Origin: a virus | Lineage: Duplodnaviria; Caudoviricetes | DNA length: 58,150 bases | Virus record (IMG/VR): IMGVR_UViG_3300033141_003493 | Location: 1 to 58,150 of that record | Direction: 5' to 3' (one strand) | Shown: positions 15,969 to 26,650 of the stretch, piece by piece | Numbering within the stretch: the first letter of the stretch is position 1 | Layout of the letters: every line of letters begins with the position of its first letter | Translations under genes and position numbers: made by a program | The notes under the pieces: generated by a model | Told to the model about the DNA's origin: nothing | Database searches by the model: none | What the model saw: the letters and a program-made list of their open reading frames with translations, nothing else

Positions 15969-18900
15969 GTGCCGCTGGCCGATTTCTGGCGATACATTCC
16001 AATCCGGGAGCACCTTTTCCAGGAAGAAGAGGAAGAGGAACCCCTGCGGCCCCCGCCTCCCGGTATGCGTCCTCCTGCCGGCATCCCGCCCGGCATAGCT
16101 CTCTCGGAGATTGCCACCCCAGAGGGGATGATCCCCGGTGGTGCCAGGGCGCCGCAGTTACAGCCCACTCCCACTCCGATCCCGACCCCTGTACAACCCG
16201 ATTCCCAATCGCCGGTGGCCCTGCCACCAATGCCGGTTCCCGTACAGCCAACACCGGCTCCTGTACAGCCAACGCCCCCTCCAGTAGTACGACCACAACC
16301 TGCTCCTGGTCCTGAGACCTGGGCGCGGGAACCCTCGCTCTGGGAAGCTATTGTGCAATCTGCGGAGGCGGCGATTGAGCCGATAGAGGAGCTTTTCGAG
16401 GGTCTACTCGCGCCGCCGGAGCCCATACAGCCTCCGCAGCCCCAGGAATACCGACGGCCTGCTGCCCCCTTCTTAGAAGAGCTGGCTGCGAGCTACGGCC
16501 TAGGTAAAGAAGCCACGGAGGTCTCTCCGGCTATTACCACGCTGGGGAGTGCGATTCAACTCTACGAAGAGCTTAGCGGACGGCGAACTCCCGAGGAGGT
16601 GATCGCTGAGTACGAGGAGAGAGTCCGGGCGCTGGGTGGCGAGCCCTTGTATGGTCCAAAGCCTACTCGTGAGGAGACTCTGGCTCTCTTCCAGTTGGCC
16701 AACGAGCGGGCTCTCTCGGTACCCCAAATCGCTAAGATATATCAGCTGGCTGACCAGGCGGGCATGGCCTCACGAGAGTACGTTGCTGCACCCGCAGGTG
16801 GAGCCGTGCAGACTGCCATTGACATATTACGTGGGAAGATGTCTGTACACGACTTCGCCACGGTAGCGGGGGCGCTGGGCGGTGTTAGCCCCGACCAAGA
16901 CCTCATCGAGCGGACGGCTCGCGCACTGGCGGGTGCCTATGCCTATGTGCGTCTCCGCGAGTACGAGATGCCCTGGCTAAGCCGTATTGTCGCAGAGACG
17001 ACACTCGATCCCTTTGGGCTCGTTGTGAACTCGTTGCTTTTCGGCTTGAAGCCCACCTCTCGTATTGGTCAGATACTACTGTTCGCATACAAGGCGCTGG
17101 ACAAGGTGGACTTAGCCTGCAACTACGCGACCATGACTCCCGAGCAGTTTATGACTGCCATGGCCTTCAATACTCTGGTCAGGCTGGGCATTGATTTTAC
17201 TGGCAAGGGTTTGGCGCGGCTAAGCCAAGAGTGGCAGGGCTTGGGCGATGCTCTGAAGACAAGCCGTAACAGGGCTGAGCTAGAACGCGAGCTTCTGCGC
17301 TGGGCGCAGAGGGATATCAAGGCCGAGATTCTGCGCGGCGTAGATTACGATTCGGCCACAAACATAGGACGGAGCGTGGGGGCTAGTCCTGAGGAGGTGC
17401 AAAAGGTTCTGGCGGAGGTCTTGGCTTCTGAGGGTAAGACTGCCGAAACCTCAAACCCCGCCTTGGCTCGGCGTCTGTGGCTGCGGTTTGCTGGACCCTT
17501 GTGGGACTATGGACGCATTCAACAAAAGTACGCTCAGGCCATGTTAGAGGGAGCCAAGCGCGACCCGCACACTTTGGACGAGATTGTAGAGGGAGCCAAG
17601 CGAGCAGAGATTCCCGGCCGCGTTGAGGAGACTCTGGAGTACGCTGCCGGTCGTTATCAGCCCTCCATTGAGCGACGCTATCGCCCCGAGGTGGTTGAGG
17701 AGCCCAAGCTCCCCACAGAACCTCCTACAGAGCCCCTTCGTCGTCATGTTGCCCCACGAGAGAGGCGTTGGGGACCAGAGCGCCCTACGCCAAAGCAGTT
17801 AGAGGAGACGGTTGAGCCGGAAGAGGCCATCCTTCGTTTCTGGAGCGAGTTCGGTTACGGGGCTATGAGCCCGGGGGAGTTTATGAAACGCCTCGAGCAA
17901 ATGGAGGCAGAGATTGAGCCCCGTTTGCCCGAGGAGCCTCGGCCCGCTGAGACAGGGCGTCCTCCCGAGGAATACCGGCCGTATGGGGAGCCCCCGGAGC
18001 TGCAGGCCTATTTTACCGAGGCGGATATCGAACCCATGAGCCCAGTGGACGCCCGATGGACTTTTGGGACTGATGAGGCATTCCGTTGGCGAGACCGCGG
18101 AGATGTTCAGAAGGGCAGGCCACTGAACATTGAGGAGGTCCCCGAGGTTGTCTATCACGCAACAGTGGATCTGCCCACCGTGCTCAAGCAGGGCGTCCTG
18201 CGAGGCCAAGTCGGTGGCGGCGGGCTGGGTGGTGGACAACGCTCCGGGGTTTCCGTAACGACGAAAGCCGAAGAGGCTCTACTTATTGTTCGTGAGTTCA
18301 GGCGGGCCGCCGAGATCGCCAGAGGCGGAGATCTGTCCGTACTGCTGCCACAGTGGGCGAGAGAAGACGCCCGGCTTGCCGGCTTGCCAGAAGACGCCCT
18401 GGACAAACTCGCTCAGAACTTTGTCAGAGAGTATCAGTGGCGGCAAAAGGAATACCCACAGTACGGCGCAGATAATGCCTGGACGAGTTATCGAACCTAT
18501 TTGATTACGCGCCAGAGTGCTGGCGGGCCACGTAACCCGATTCTATACGGAACTGTGGAGCAATATGCTGCTCTCGACCCCGAAAAGCTTGGCGTATTGA
18601 GCATTCCCAGGGAGAACCTTTATGCCTCCGGTGCTCTGGTAGTCCCTCGAGACGATGCCCTAAGCGAAATCCGGGTCTATGGCGATGTGCCGGTCCGCGA
18701 TGCGCAAGTAGTAGACCTTACAACGGGTCGGCCGTTACCTGCTGTAGAAACTCGCCCCTCTGAGGAATACAGGCCCTCCGAGAGACCCTTGGAGACAGAG
18801 CCGGAAATGGGTAAAAGACTGCCCGAGTATCCGTTCCCGCCGGGCGCATATACCCCAGAGGAGTTTGCCCAGATTCTGCGCGATATGGAAGAGCGGGGTC

Positions 18901-21900
18901 GGTTCCCCATGGGTACGGGCGCTGGTGGGTATGTGGAACCCGGTCGTGTTCCAGAGTTTGATCCGACTACACTACACCCCGCCCCTGAACTCGGACCCAT
19001 AGTTAGAGACGCCCTGGCTTGGCGGTATCTTACCGCGAAGCAAGGCCGCATGGCGCGCAAATCCGATCTGGACGACTGGCTTATGGATAGGTTCGGCCTG
19101 TCGGAAATAGAAGCACGCGACATCAGCAACTACATCGAAAGCCACTATCCCTTCTCTTTCAGAATCCGCGGCGGGCGGGCGGAGTGGTCTGTCAAAGAGT
19201 CCGGCGGTATGCCTGAGCCAAAACTCTCTGATTACCCTGACCTGGCAGTTTCTCCCGTATCACGAGCAGAAGAAGTGGAGGTTCAAGAACCTCGTCCGGC
19301 TGTTTCTGAGAAGCCGGAGCCAGAGCTGGGAGAGGCGAGAGAAGAGCCACTGGTGACTGCACGTTACGTCGTCTTCCCCCCATATACAGCCGGTCCTGGC
19401 GGTTCTGACAAGCGCAGACGCTTCCGACAGCGCCTGCGGCGGTATCGTGAGCGCATGGAGCAATACGGTCTCGAGGTGCGTTTCATCTGGGATGAGTTGG
19501 GTCCGCCCGAGTTCGAGGTACGCGGCACCCGCGAACAGATAGAAGCAGCCAAGGAAGGTACCAAACGTCTCAAACTGGAGTGGCAGCCGGAACGTCCTCC
19601 TGCCGTAGCGGAAAGGCCAGTACCGGAGCTGGGAGAACCTGCTGAGGAGCCTCGCCCAGAACGTCCTCCTGCCGTAGCGGAAAGGCCGGTACCGGAGCTG
19701 GGAGAAGCCAGAGAACAGCCGCTAGCAACTGCGCATTACGTCGTCTTTCCCGCAGATACAAACAGTGCCACCCGACGACGCTTGCGGCGCTATGCTGAAC
19801 GCATGAGGGAGTATGGGCTCCATGTACTTCCTATCTGGCGTGACGTGGGTCCCTGGGGCAAGATGGGTCCACCTGAGTTCGAAGTACGCGGCACCCGCGA
19901 ACAGATAGAAGCAGCTAAGGAGGGCACTAAGCGTCTCCAACTGGAGTGGCAACCAGAGTTCGAAAAGCCCGCCGAGGAACGTCGCCCGGAACGTCCCCCT
20001 GCGATAGCCGAGAGACCTCAGCCAGAGTTAGGAGAAGCCAGAGAAGAACCAATAGCAACCGCCCGTTACGCTGTCTTTCCCGCAGATACGGACAGTGCGA
20101 CCCGACAGCGCATACGGCGCTATGCTGAACGCATAAAGCAGTATGGGCTAAATGTACGTCCTGTCTACGTACCTTCTACCGAGCAGGAGGTAGGTCTGCC
20201 CGAGTTCGAAGTATTTGGTAGCCATGAGCAGGTAGAAGCAGCCAAGGAGGGCACTAAGCGCCTCCAACTGGAGTGGCAAGCGACAACAGAGTGGCAACCA
20301 AAGTTCATGAGGCCCGCTGAGGAACGTCGTCCGGAGCGTCCTCCCGCTGCTGCTGAGAGACCCGAACCAGAGCTGGAAAGGCCGCTGGAAAGAGAACCTA
20401 GACCTCCCGCTGCCGCTGAGAGACCAGCACCAGAGTTAGGAAAGCCAGCCGAGAGGCCTCGTCCAGAACGTCCTCCCGCTGTAGCAGAAAGACCCGAACC
20501 GGAGCTGGGAAAGCCGCGAGAGAGAGAACGTAGACCTCCCGCCATTGCTGAGAGACCAGTGCCAGAGCTGGGAAAGCCACCAGAAGAGGAGCGCAGACCT
20601 CCTGCCGTTGCTGAGAGACCGGTACCGGAGTTGGGAGATATCACGGTTCCAGAGCGAAAGACCTTCCCCGAGGAAAAGTTCGGCCCAGAGCCACACATCG
20701 TTGTGGCTACCGGCCCTGATCCCAACAAGGGTTATGAGTTTGTCGTTGATGTAGTTCCCGAAGATGAGCTGGTCACTTCTCACTCTTGGACCGGTGAGGA
20801 ACACATAGAGTACCCCCGTAACCTTCAGCCCCGCATAAGTCGGGCAGACCGGCCCTCGCGGGAACAGATCGCTCACATAGCTGCGACTCTACAGCCTCGA
20901 GAGCTGACCAAGGGTCTGGACATAGATCAGCCGGGGACCCTGGATACCGGCGCTCCCATCGTAGCCGACCACCTAAGTCCCGATGGTGAGCCCATCACTG
21001 CCGTAGAGTCCGGGAACGCCCGGGTCGAAGCCATCAGACTAGCCAAGGAGCAGTTTCCAGACCGTTACGAGGACTATCAGGTCCGGCTGCTGGAGGAGTT
21101 GAAGCGTTACCCCGACCTTGCAGCCAAAGCTGAAGACTTGATAGAGGAGGGGCGTGCCCCGATAGCGGTACGTCATCGGGTGAGTGACGTAGACCCCGAG
21201 GCCTTTGTAGATGAGGCCAATGTACCGGCTGTACAGGCGTACACTCCCGCGGATCAGGCCGGGGTGGATGCCCGACGCTACCTGACCGACGACATAGTAC
21301 GTAGCCTGGACGTTGAGAGAGACGAGGCCGGCGTCGAGCAACAACTGCGAGCACAACCCGAGTTCGTCCGGGGGTTCGTCAAGAAACTCCCCCAGCGAGA
21401 ACAGGCCGTGGATGAGCGGGGTGAGCCCACGCCCCAGACGATACAGCGTTTGGCCAACGCGCTTCTGGCCAAGGCGTTTCCCGGACCGGAGGGAGAGGAA
21501 CTTCGCAAGACCCTCACGGCGCGTTACCCTACCAGCATTCAGCAGGGGGTTCTGGACGCTGCGCCACAACTGGCCGTTGCCGAGACTCTGATCGCTGCGG
21601 GGGAAAGAGACCCAAGCCTGAGCATTGCCAAGGACTTGGCTAAGGTAGTCAACGTTTTGACCATCGTTGAGGATAGCAACACGACGGTGGCCAAATGGCT
21701 GACCAAAGAGCGGACCGAGCCCCGACTGCCGGGTGTGGAGAGTGTGCTGACTCCGGTACAGGAAGCTTTATTGGAGGCCCTGGACACGGTACGTCGTCAA
21801 CCAGCAGCGGTGCGGGAGTTCCTTCGGGCCTACGCCAGGAAAGTCGTTGCCGAGCCAACTCTGACCGTAAAGCCCCTCGCACCCGAGATGGCTCCCATCT

Positions 21901-24900
21901 CTAAGACCAAAGCTGACCTCATTCGTGAAGCCTCTACCGCCGTAAGGGAGAGAGAGGAGTTTGTCGGAACGCTCTTTGAGCTGGCGGACAAGGTAAAGGA
22001 CGCCGGACTGGACGCTGAGGTGGAAGGGGTTCCCCGATATGAGATTACCCCCCAGAGGTATCCCATACTTCGCGGCTTTATTGAGTCGGAGCCCGGCTGG
22101 TATGTTGCGGAAAGAGCTCAAGAAGCGTATTTGGCCGACCTCATCATTGCAGATATCCCCTTGCCCAGAAAGATTCTGCAAAGCATGGGCGACCCTCTGG
22201 GGATCGTGCTGGAGCGCATCGATGAGCGGCTAGAGGATGCCGTTGGTAAGGAGCGGGCTTTCCTTCAAGAGCAAAAGAAGCGAATCCAGGTTTTGTTGCC
22301 CCTGTCGGCAGCCGACCACGAGATAGCGACAGAGTTGCTGTCTCGGGAGAAAAAGACCTGGACCACCAGCACCGGCCCTGACGTGGCTTTGTACCAAGCC
22401 CTCAAAGAGCACGGGCTGGTCAAGGATAAGCGGGGGTTCTACGCCACGCCCCAGGGTAGCATCGTGCTCAAGAATCTGGGCACGGAGTTAGAGCCTCGTA
22501 TCAGGGTCACCATCGAACCGGCCCGCTACGTCGAGCCGTATGCCCTGCCCAAGCCGCCGCTCCTGCTGGAGGAAGAAGGGCTTCCCTATCCCCTGGAGTG
22601 GTTGCCAGAGGAAGGACGACGCGAGCCTACCGTTATCCCCATGGGTCCACAGGAACCGCCCAAACCCCCCAAACCACCCACTGTTCCGCCGGAGCCCCCC
22701 GGAGAACCCCCCAGGGAGCCACCCGAGGAGCCCGAAGAGGACTCTTTACAGAAGCTGTTCCGGGCCATGGGAATCGAGGAGCCCCTGCCGGAGGACTGGC
22801 ACCCGGTGGTCAAAAATATGTGGCAGAAGATGGTAGAGGGCACTTTTGACCGCTTTGAGCCAGCCCGCCGACTTCAGAAGGAGACCGGTATACCCATCTA
22901 TGACGAGCTGTGCCGTATGAGTGGTGTGGCGGAGCACGTCAATGTTCTCCGAATCAATGACTATGATCCCATCTTTCGGGACTTCAAAACGGTTGAAGAG
23001 AGTCTCCGCTTTTGGGCATACCTGCTGACTTACCATCTCGAAGACGTAAAGACGGCCCACCCTGATTACGAGCTACCCGCCAAGATGACTCTAGACGAAG
23101 TTCTAGATGCCCGGGCCAAGTTGCAGGCTGAATGGGGAGAGGAAAAAACCAAGACCATTGACCGTAAGGCGAGGGATTTCTGGGCGCTCAACGCCAAGAA
23201 CTTTATGAACCCGTCGGTGGAGACCGGGTATATCAGCCGGGCTCAGGCCGACACCATGCTCAAGAAGTATCCCCACTATCTTCCCCTTTATCGAGAAGGG
23301 TATGAGAATCTGGGGTTCTGGTTCGGCGTGGCTCAGGCTCGAGCATATATGCCTTCGCAGTTCAGTAAAGCCCTTTCTGAGGAGGGCTCAGAGCGGCCTC
23401 TGAGGAACATAGCCGAGGGATATTTCCAGGCTTTGTACATTCACACACAACGGAACTGGCGGAACATGGCCGCCAAGAGCTTGGTTCGAGCTTTACAACG
23501 CGCTTGCCCCGACGAGGTTCACCTCCTGAAAAAGATCGTAACTGAGGAGGGAGTAAAGAGAGCTCGGGAGTCGGTTCCACCGGAATATGGCGTGATTCGC
23601 TACCGCGAGGATGGCAATATCAAGGCCTACGTAGTGCCCAAGCCTTGGGAGATACTGGCTACTGGGGCAGATGTATACGCCATGGGTGCGATAGAAAACG
23701 CCTTCCGCACTCTGTCGGCGATCAAGCGAGCTATCGTTACTGAGTATAACCCCGCCTGGGTCGCGGTGAACATGATTTCCGACAGTCCAGAGGTGTTCTG
23801 GCGGCATCAGATTGCAGGCTTCTTTGACCCTCGTTGGTGGAAGGGCTTCTTGGGAGCGTTGACCCGAGGCGATGTCAACCAGACCAATGCCTTTATGCGC
23901 CAACGAGCTGAGGCTTACCGACGCGCTGCCGAAGCCGGAGCTTTCGCTGGAAGCATCTTTCATACTACTCTGCCGCCGGGGGCCGAGTATAAAAAGTACT
24001 CTCATGTACGAATCAAGTTCAATAGTGTAGCGGACGTGGTTCTAGCCTTGCCTAGATTGATTGCCAGGATCAACCAGGCGGTAGAGGCAGCGCCCAAGCT
24101 GGCTGCTTTTGAGAAACTGGAACGAGATCTGCTCAAGAGCGGTGCGGAGCTTGACCACGATGCTGTCGTAAGACTGGGGGCAGAGGCGGCACGTTCCACC
24201 TTCAACTGGGATATGGGTGGCAACGTCATGAAGCTTATGGGCCGAATGTTCTGGCCGATGAACGCCATGGTCCAGGTCCCCTACCAGAGTGTGCAAGCTC
24301 TTTGGGAAAAACCCTCTCGGGGCTTATGGTTGTTAGGGCTAGCATCGATCCCCACCACACTGCTTTTTGCTTACAATCGACAGTTCGATAGTTTTGCAAA
24401 GGTGCCCAGCTACGAGTATCTCAATAACTGGGTCATCATAATCGCTGAGGAAGAGCGCGAGCCCGACCCACGCTATCCGACCCAGGAAAAAGAGGTCTAT
24501 CCGGTCTGTATTGACATCCCGAAGCGAGGTTTCGTTCAGGCCCTTTCTGCCCCGTTTGAGGTTCTCTTACGAGAGATGGACGCCTCAGACCGCCACTACG
24601 TGGAGAACATCTTTGATGCGGTGTTACAGGGTGTCGCTGGGATGGTGCCCGCGCTGGCTAATCCTATAGCGGCGACTGAGCCCCACTTCTTGGGTGGGCT
24701 TTTTGCCCTGGACAGGAACTACGATGACTTTCGAAAGCAGCCTATCGTTCCCGAGGCGGAGTACACTACCCGCCCGCCAGAATGGCAGTTCGGCCCCGAG
24801 CAATCTCAACTGGCTATCGCCATCGGACAGCTATTCAAGGTATCGCCCAGGAAAGTAGAGTTTCTGTTACATGATTCCTACGGCGAGTGGGGCCGTGCCG

Positions 24901-25790
24901 CATCCTGGCTGTCGGATGTGTTAGTGGGTGCTCTCGGCGAGCCGGTAAGAGCCCCGGGTGAGGATCGTCGTCGGACTCTGACCAAGACGGAAGCCCTGGA
25001 GCGGGTGCCGATAGTCCGTCGTTTCGTAAGCACCAGGGGGACACAACTCCTTCGCACTGGATATGCCGAACTAGACGCCTCTTCGGAGCGCAACCGCAGG
25101 CTTCTTTATGAGAATGAGGAGGTCCGTCGGCTGGGGCTCGGGATTCACCCGCCGGGCAACGAGATTACGGTCCGGGGGGTTCCCATACGCCTGACCCCCC
25201 AGCAGCGGACGGCTATCAATGAGATATACGGCCCTTTGGCTAAGAGATACGTTGATGAGGTTACATCGTCCCCTACCTATCAGGAAATGCACGATGTATA
25301 CCGGGTCAAAGAGATCAACAAGGCCAAAGAGCGGGCCATGAAAGAGGCCAAAGCCCAAGTTCTGGGTACCGACTTTGGGGCCGAGATCCCCTATGGGTTG
25401 CTGGCCCCCGAAAGGGTCCAAAGGCTCTACAAGAGGTACACCGGTATCAGTCCTTATATCGGCATCCTACAAGACCCTGCTACCGGGGTGCCGCGCTTCG
25501 TAGACCTGGACGCCGATATGTATGAGCGGATCAGCGATGCCAAGTCCTGGATCAGCACCCTCCGCCAGACCATGGGTATCAGCACCCAACAAGCGGCTCT
25601 GTATTACGCAATGCAGACCGGCGACTGGCTGGGTTCACTGCTGAGCATGATGATGCAGATTCGCGTCAACCCCGCCAAGGCGGAGTATTGGGAGACCTAT
25701 CCTGAACTCCAGACTTACTATCCCAAGACTGAAGAATCCTCGTATCAGTCTCCCGTTGTCCCCTGGATCGAGTCCGCTCTCACCAGCTAG
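15969..25790 (+). CDS. giant polyvalent ejection protein (ART-like, triple repeat domain, DdrB-ParB-like, LPD38-like)
   Basis: 3273 aa; YHAT...GVSVT...EIRVY; ELVTSH...LQPR...GAPIV...VESGNAR; PIVP...SPRKVEFLL motifs. Confidence 0.8.
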   Translation: MPLADFWRYIPIREHLFQEEEEEEPLRPPPPGMRPPAGIPPGIALSEIATPEGMIPGGARAPQLQPTPTPIPTPVQPDSQSPVALPPMPVPVQPTPAPVQPTPPPVVRPQPAPGPETWAREPSLWEAIVQSAEAAIEPIEELFEGLLAPPEPIQPPQPQEYRRPAAPFLEELAASYGLGKEATEVSPAITTLGSAIQLYEELSGRRTPEEVIAEYEERVRALGGEPLYGPKPTREETLALFQLANERALSVPQIAKIYQLADQAGMASREYVAAPAGGAVQTAIDILRGKMSVHDFATVAGALGGVSPDQDLIERTARALAGAYAYVRLREYEMPWLSRIVAETTLDPFGLVVNSLLFGLKPTSRIGQILLFAYKALDKVDLACNYATMTPEQFMTAMAFNTLVRLGIDFTGKGLARLSQEWQGLGDALKTSRNRAELERELLRWAQRDIKAEILRGVDYDSATNIGRSVGASPEEVQKVLAEVLASEGKTAETSNPALARRLWLRFAGPLWDYGRIQQKYAQAMLEGAKRDPHTLDEIVEGAKRAEIPGRVEETLEYAAGRYQPSIERRYRPEVVEEPKLPTEPPTEPLRRHVAPRERRWGPERPTPKQLEETVEPEEAILRFWSEFGYGAMSPGEFMKRLEQMEAEIEPRLPEEPRPAETGRPPEEYRPYGEPPELQAYFTEADIEPMSPVDARWTFGTDEAFRWRDRGDVQKGRPLNIEEVPEVVYHATVDLPTVLKQGVLRGQVGGGGLGGGQRSGVSVTTKAEEALLIVREFRRAAEIARGGDLSVLLPQWAREDARLAGLPEDALDKLAQNFVREYQWRQKEYPQYGADNAWTSYRTYLITRQSAGGPRNPILYGTVEQYAALDPEKLGVLSIPRENLYASGALVVPRDDALSEIRVYGDVPVRDAQVVDLTTGRPLPAVETRPSEEYRPSERPLETEPEMGKRLPEYPFPPGAYTPEEFAQILRDMEERGRFPMGTGAGGYVEPGRVPEFDPTTLHPAPELGPIVRDALAWRYLTAKQGRMARKSDLDDWLMDRFGLSEIEARDISNYIESHYPFSFRIRGGRAEWSVKESGGMPEPKLSDYPDLAVSPVSRAEEVEVQEPRPAVSEKPEPELGEAREEPLVTARYVVFPPYTAGPGGSDKRRRFRQRLRRYRERMEQYGLEVRFIWDELGPPEFEVRGTREQIEAAKEGTKRLKLEWQPERPPAVAERPVPELGEPAEEPRPERPPAVAERPVPELGEAREQPLATAHYVVFPADTNSATRRRLRRYAERMREYGLHVLPIWRDVGPWGKMGPPEFEVRGTREQIEAAKEGTKRLQLEWQPEFEKPAEERRPERPPAIAERPQPELGEAREEPIATARYAVFPADTDSATRQRIRRYAERIKQYGLNVRPVYVPSTEQEVGLPEFEVFGSHEQVEAAKEGTKRLQLEWQATTEWQPKFMRPAEERRPERPPAAAERPEPELERPLEREPRPPAAAERPAPELGKPAERPRPERPPAVAERPEPELGKPRERERRPPAIAERPVPELGKPPEEERRPPAVAERPVPELGDITVPERKTFPEEKFGPEPHIVVATGPDPNKGYEFVVDVVPEDELVTSHSWTGEEHIEYPRNLQPRISRADRPSREQIAHIAATLQPRELTKGLDIDQPGTLDTGAPIVADHLSPDGEPITAVESGNARVEAIRLAKEQFPDRYEDYQVRLLEELKRYPDLAAKAEDLIEEGRAPIAVRHRVSDVDPEAFVDEANVPAVQAYTPADQAGVDARRYLTDDIVRSLDVERDEAGVEQQLRAQPEFVRGFVKKLPQREQAVDERGEPTPQTIQRLANALLAKAFPGPEGEELRKTLTARYPTSIQQGVLDAAPQLAVAETLIAAGERDPSLSIAKDLAKVVNVLTIVEDSNTTVAKWLTKERTEPRLPGVESVLTPVQEALLEALDTVRRQPAAVREFLRAYARKVVAEPTLTVKPLAPEMAPISKTKADLIREASTAVREREEFVGTLFELADKVKDAGLDAEVEGVPRYEITPQRYPILRGFIESEPGWYVAERAQEAYLADLIIADIPLPRKILQSMGDPLGIVLERIDERLEDAVGKERAFLQEQKKRIQVLLPLSAADHEIATELLSREKKTWTTSTGPDVALYQALKEHGLVKDKRGFYATPQGSIVLKNLGTELEPRIRVTIEPARYVEPYALPKPPLLLEEEGLPYPLEWLPEEGRREPTVIPMGPQEPPKPPKPPTVPPEPPGEPPREPPEEPEEDSLQKLFRAMGIEEPLPEDWHPVVKNMWQKMVEGTFDRFEPARRLQKETGIPIYDELCRMSGVAEHVNVLRINDYDPIFRDFKTVEESLRFWAYLLTYHLEDVKTAHPDYELPAKMTLDEVLDARAKLQAEWGEEKTKTIDRKARDFWALNAKNFMNPSVETGYISRAQADTMLKKYPHYLPLYREGYENLGFWFGVAQARAYMPSQFSKALSEEGSERPLRNIAEGYFQALYIHTQRNWRNMAAKSLVRALQRACPDEVHLLKKIVTEEGVKRARESVPPEYGVIRYREDGNIKAYVVPKPWEILATGADVYAMGAIENAFRTLSAIKRAIVTEYNPAWVAVNMISDSPEVFWRHQIAGFFDPRWWKGFLGALTRGDVNQTNAFMRQRAEAYRRAAEAGAFAGSIFHTTLPPGAEYKKYSHVRIKFNSVADVVLALPRLIARINQAVEAAPKLAAFEKLERDLLKSGAELDHDAVVRLGAEAARSTFNWDMGGNVMKLMGRMFWPMNAMVQVPYQSVQALWEKPSRGLWLLGLASIPTTLLFAYNRQFDSFAKVPSYEYLNNWVIIIAEEEREPDPRYPTQEKEVYPVCIDIPKRGFVQALSAPFEVLLREMDASDRHYVENIFDAVLQGVAGMVPALANPIAATEPHFLGGLFALDRNYDDFRKQPIVPEAEYTTRPPEWQFGPEQSQLAIAIGQLFKVSPRKVEFLLHDSYGEWGRAASWLSDVLVGALGEPVRAPGEDRRRTLTKTEALERVPIVRRFVSTRGTQLLRTGYAELDASSERNRRLLYENEEVRRLGLGIHPPGNEITVRGVPIRLTPQQRTAINEIYGPLAKRYVDEVTSSPTYQEMHDVYRVKEINKAKERAMKEAKAQVLGTDFGAEIPYGLLAPERVQRLYKRYTGISPYIGILQDPATGVPRFVDLDADMYERISDAKSWISTLRQTMGISTQQAALYYAMQTGDWLGSLLSMMMQIRVNPAKAEYWETYPELQTYYPKTEESSYQSPVVPWIESALTS
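16198..16227 (-). repeat. double-hairpin repeat copy inside the giant CDS
   Basis: reverse complement reads GTGGCAGGGCCACCGGCGATTGGGAATCGG; translated as DSQSPVALP. Confidence 0.8.
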
Positions 25791-25899
25791 TTTCCCCCTT
25801 TAGGCTTTATCTGCCACGAGCAGATGAGCATATATTCCCAGTTTTCGGGCCGTAAGGCCCCCCACGCAATGGGCGCTCCATGCCCAGGAGGTGTTATCG

Positions 25900-26616
25900 A
25901 TGTCCCCAGAGACCTCTTCCGAGGCCGCCGGGCAGAACCCGGAAGAGCCACAGGAGCAACCCACGGGTGATGTTTCGCCAGAGACCACTCCCCGCGAGTC
26001 TTCCGAGGGCCAGGTACAGGAGCAAGGGTCACAGGACGAACTAGACGATGAGAAGCTGGAGCAACTGCTGAAGGATAAGAGGGTTCAGGCCCGCATCTAT
26101 CAGCAGGCCCAGTCTCTTGCTGATCGCAGACTGCACCAGGAACGCCTGCGTCGTGAACAGGAGGAGGAGCAGAAGAAGCTCCAACGGATGGACGACGAGG
26201 AATACGGGCGCTATCTGCGTCGCCAAGAGCGGCTACAGCAGATGGCTCAACCGCTTCTCACCCAGACCCTCGAAAAGGTCTTTACCGATGCGCAAGAACA
26301 AGCCCTCTCGACCATTGAGGACGAGGAGGCTCGCGCCGAGGTAGTGACCCGTCTGCAAGCCAATGAGTTCAAGTCACTCCCCGAGTTTCTCAAGGCGGTG
26401 GCCCAAGCACAGTCCGCCGTTGCTACCAAGAAACAGATACAGCGCGAGGCCAAGCGCCTCGAGAAGGAGCTCCGGGAGTCGATTCAGAAAGAACTCACTG
26501 CGGAACAGGCCGAGGAGCTGGTTCCCCAACTGGGCCGTGGAGTCCCGACGCGACGGGAAGTCCACGGCATAGAGGCTATTTCCGAAGGCTTCGCAGAGAG
26601 GCTCAAAAAGAAATAG
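25900..26616 (+). CDS. capsid scaffolding protein
   Basis: acidic N-terminus, coiled coil, directly upstream of the major capsid gene; SD AGGAGG. Confidence 0.75.
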   Translation: MSPETSSEAAGQNPEEPQEQPTGDVSPETTPRESSEGQVQEQGSQDELDDEKLEQLLKDKRVQARIYQQAQSLADRRLHQERLRREQEEEQKKLQRMDDEEYGRYLRRQERLQQMAQPLLTQTLEKVFTDAQEQALSTIEDEEARAEVVTRLQANEFKSLPEFLKAVAQAQSAVATKKQIQREAKRLEKELRESIQKELTAEQAEELVPQLGRGVPTRREVHGIEAISEGFAERLKKK

Positions 26617-26650
26617 CCCCTGTGCCTCTATCCCCTAGAGGTACATAACA

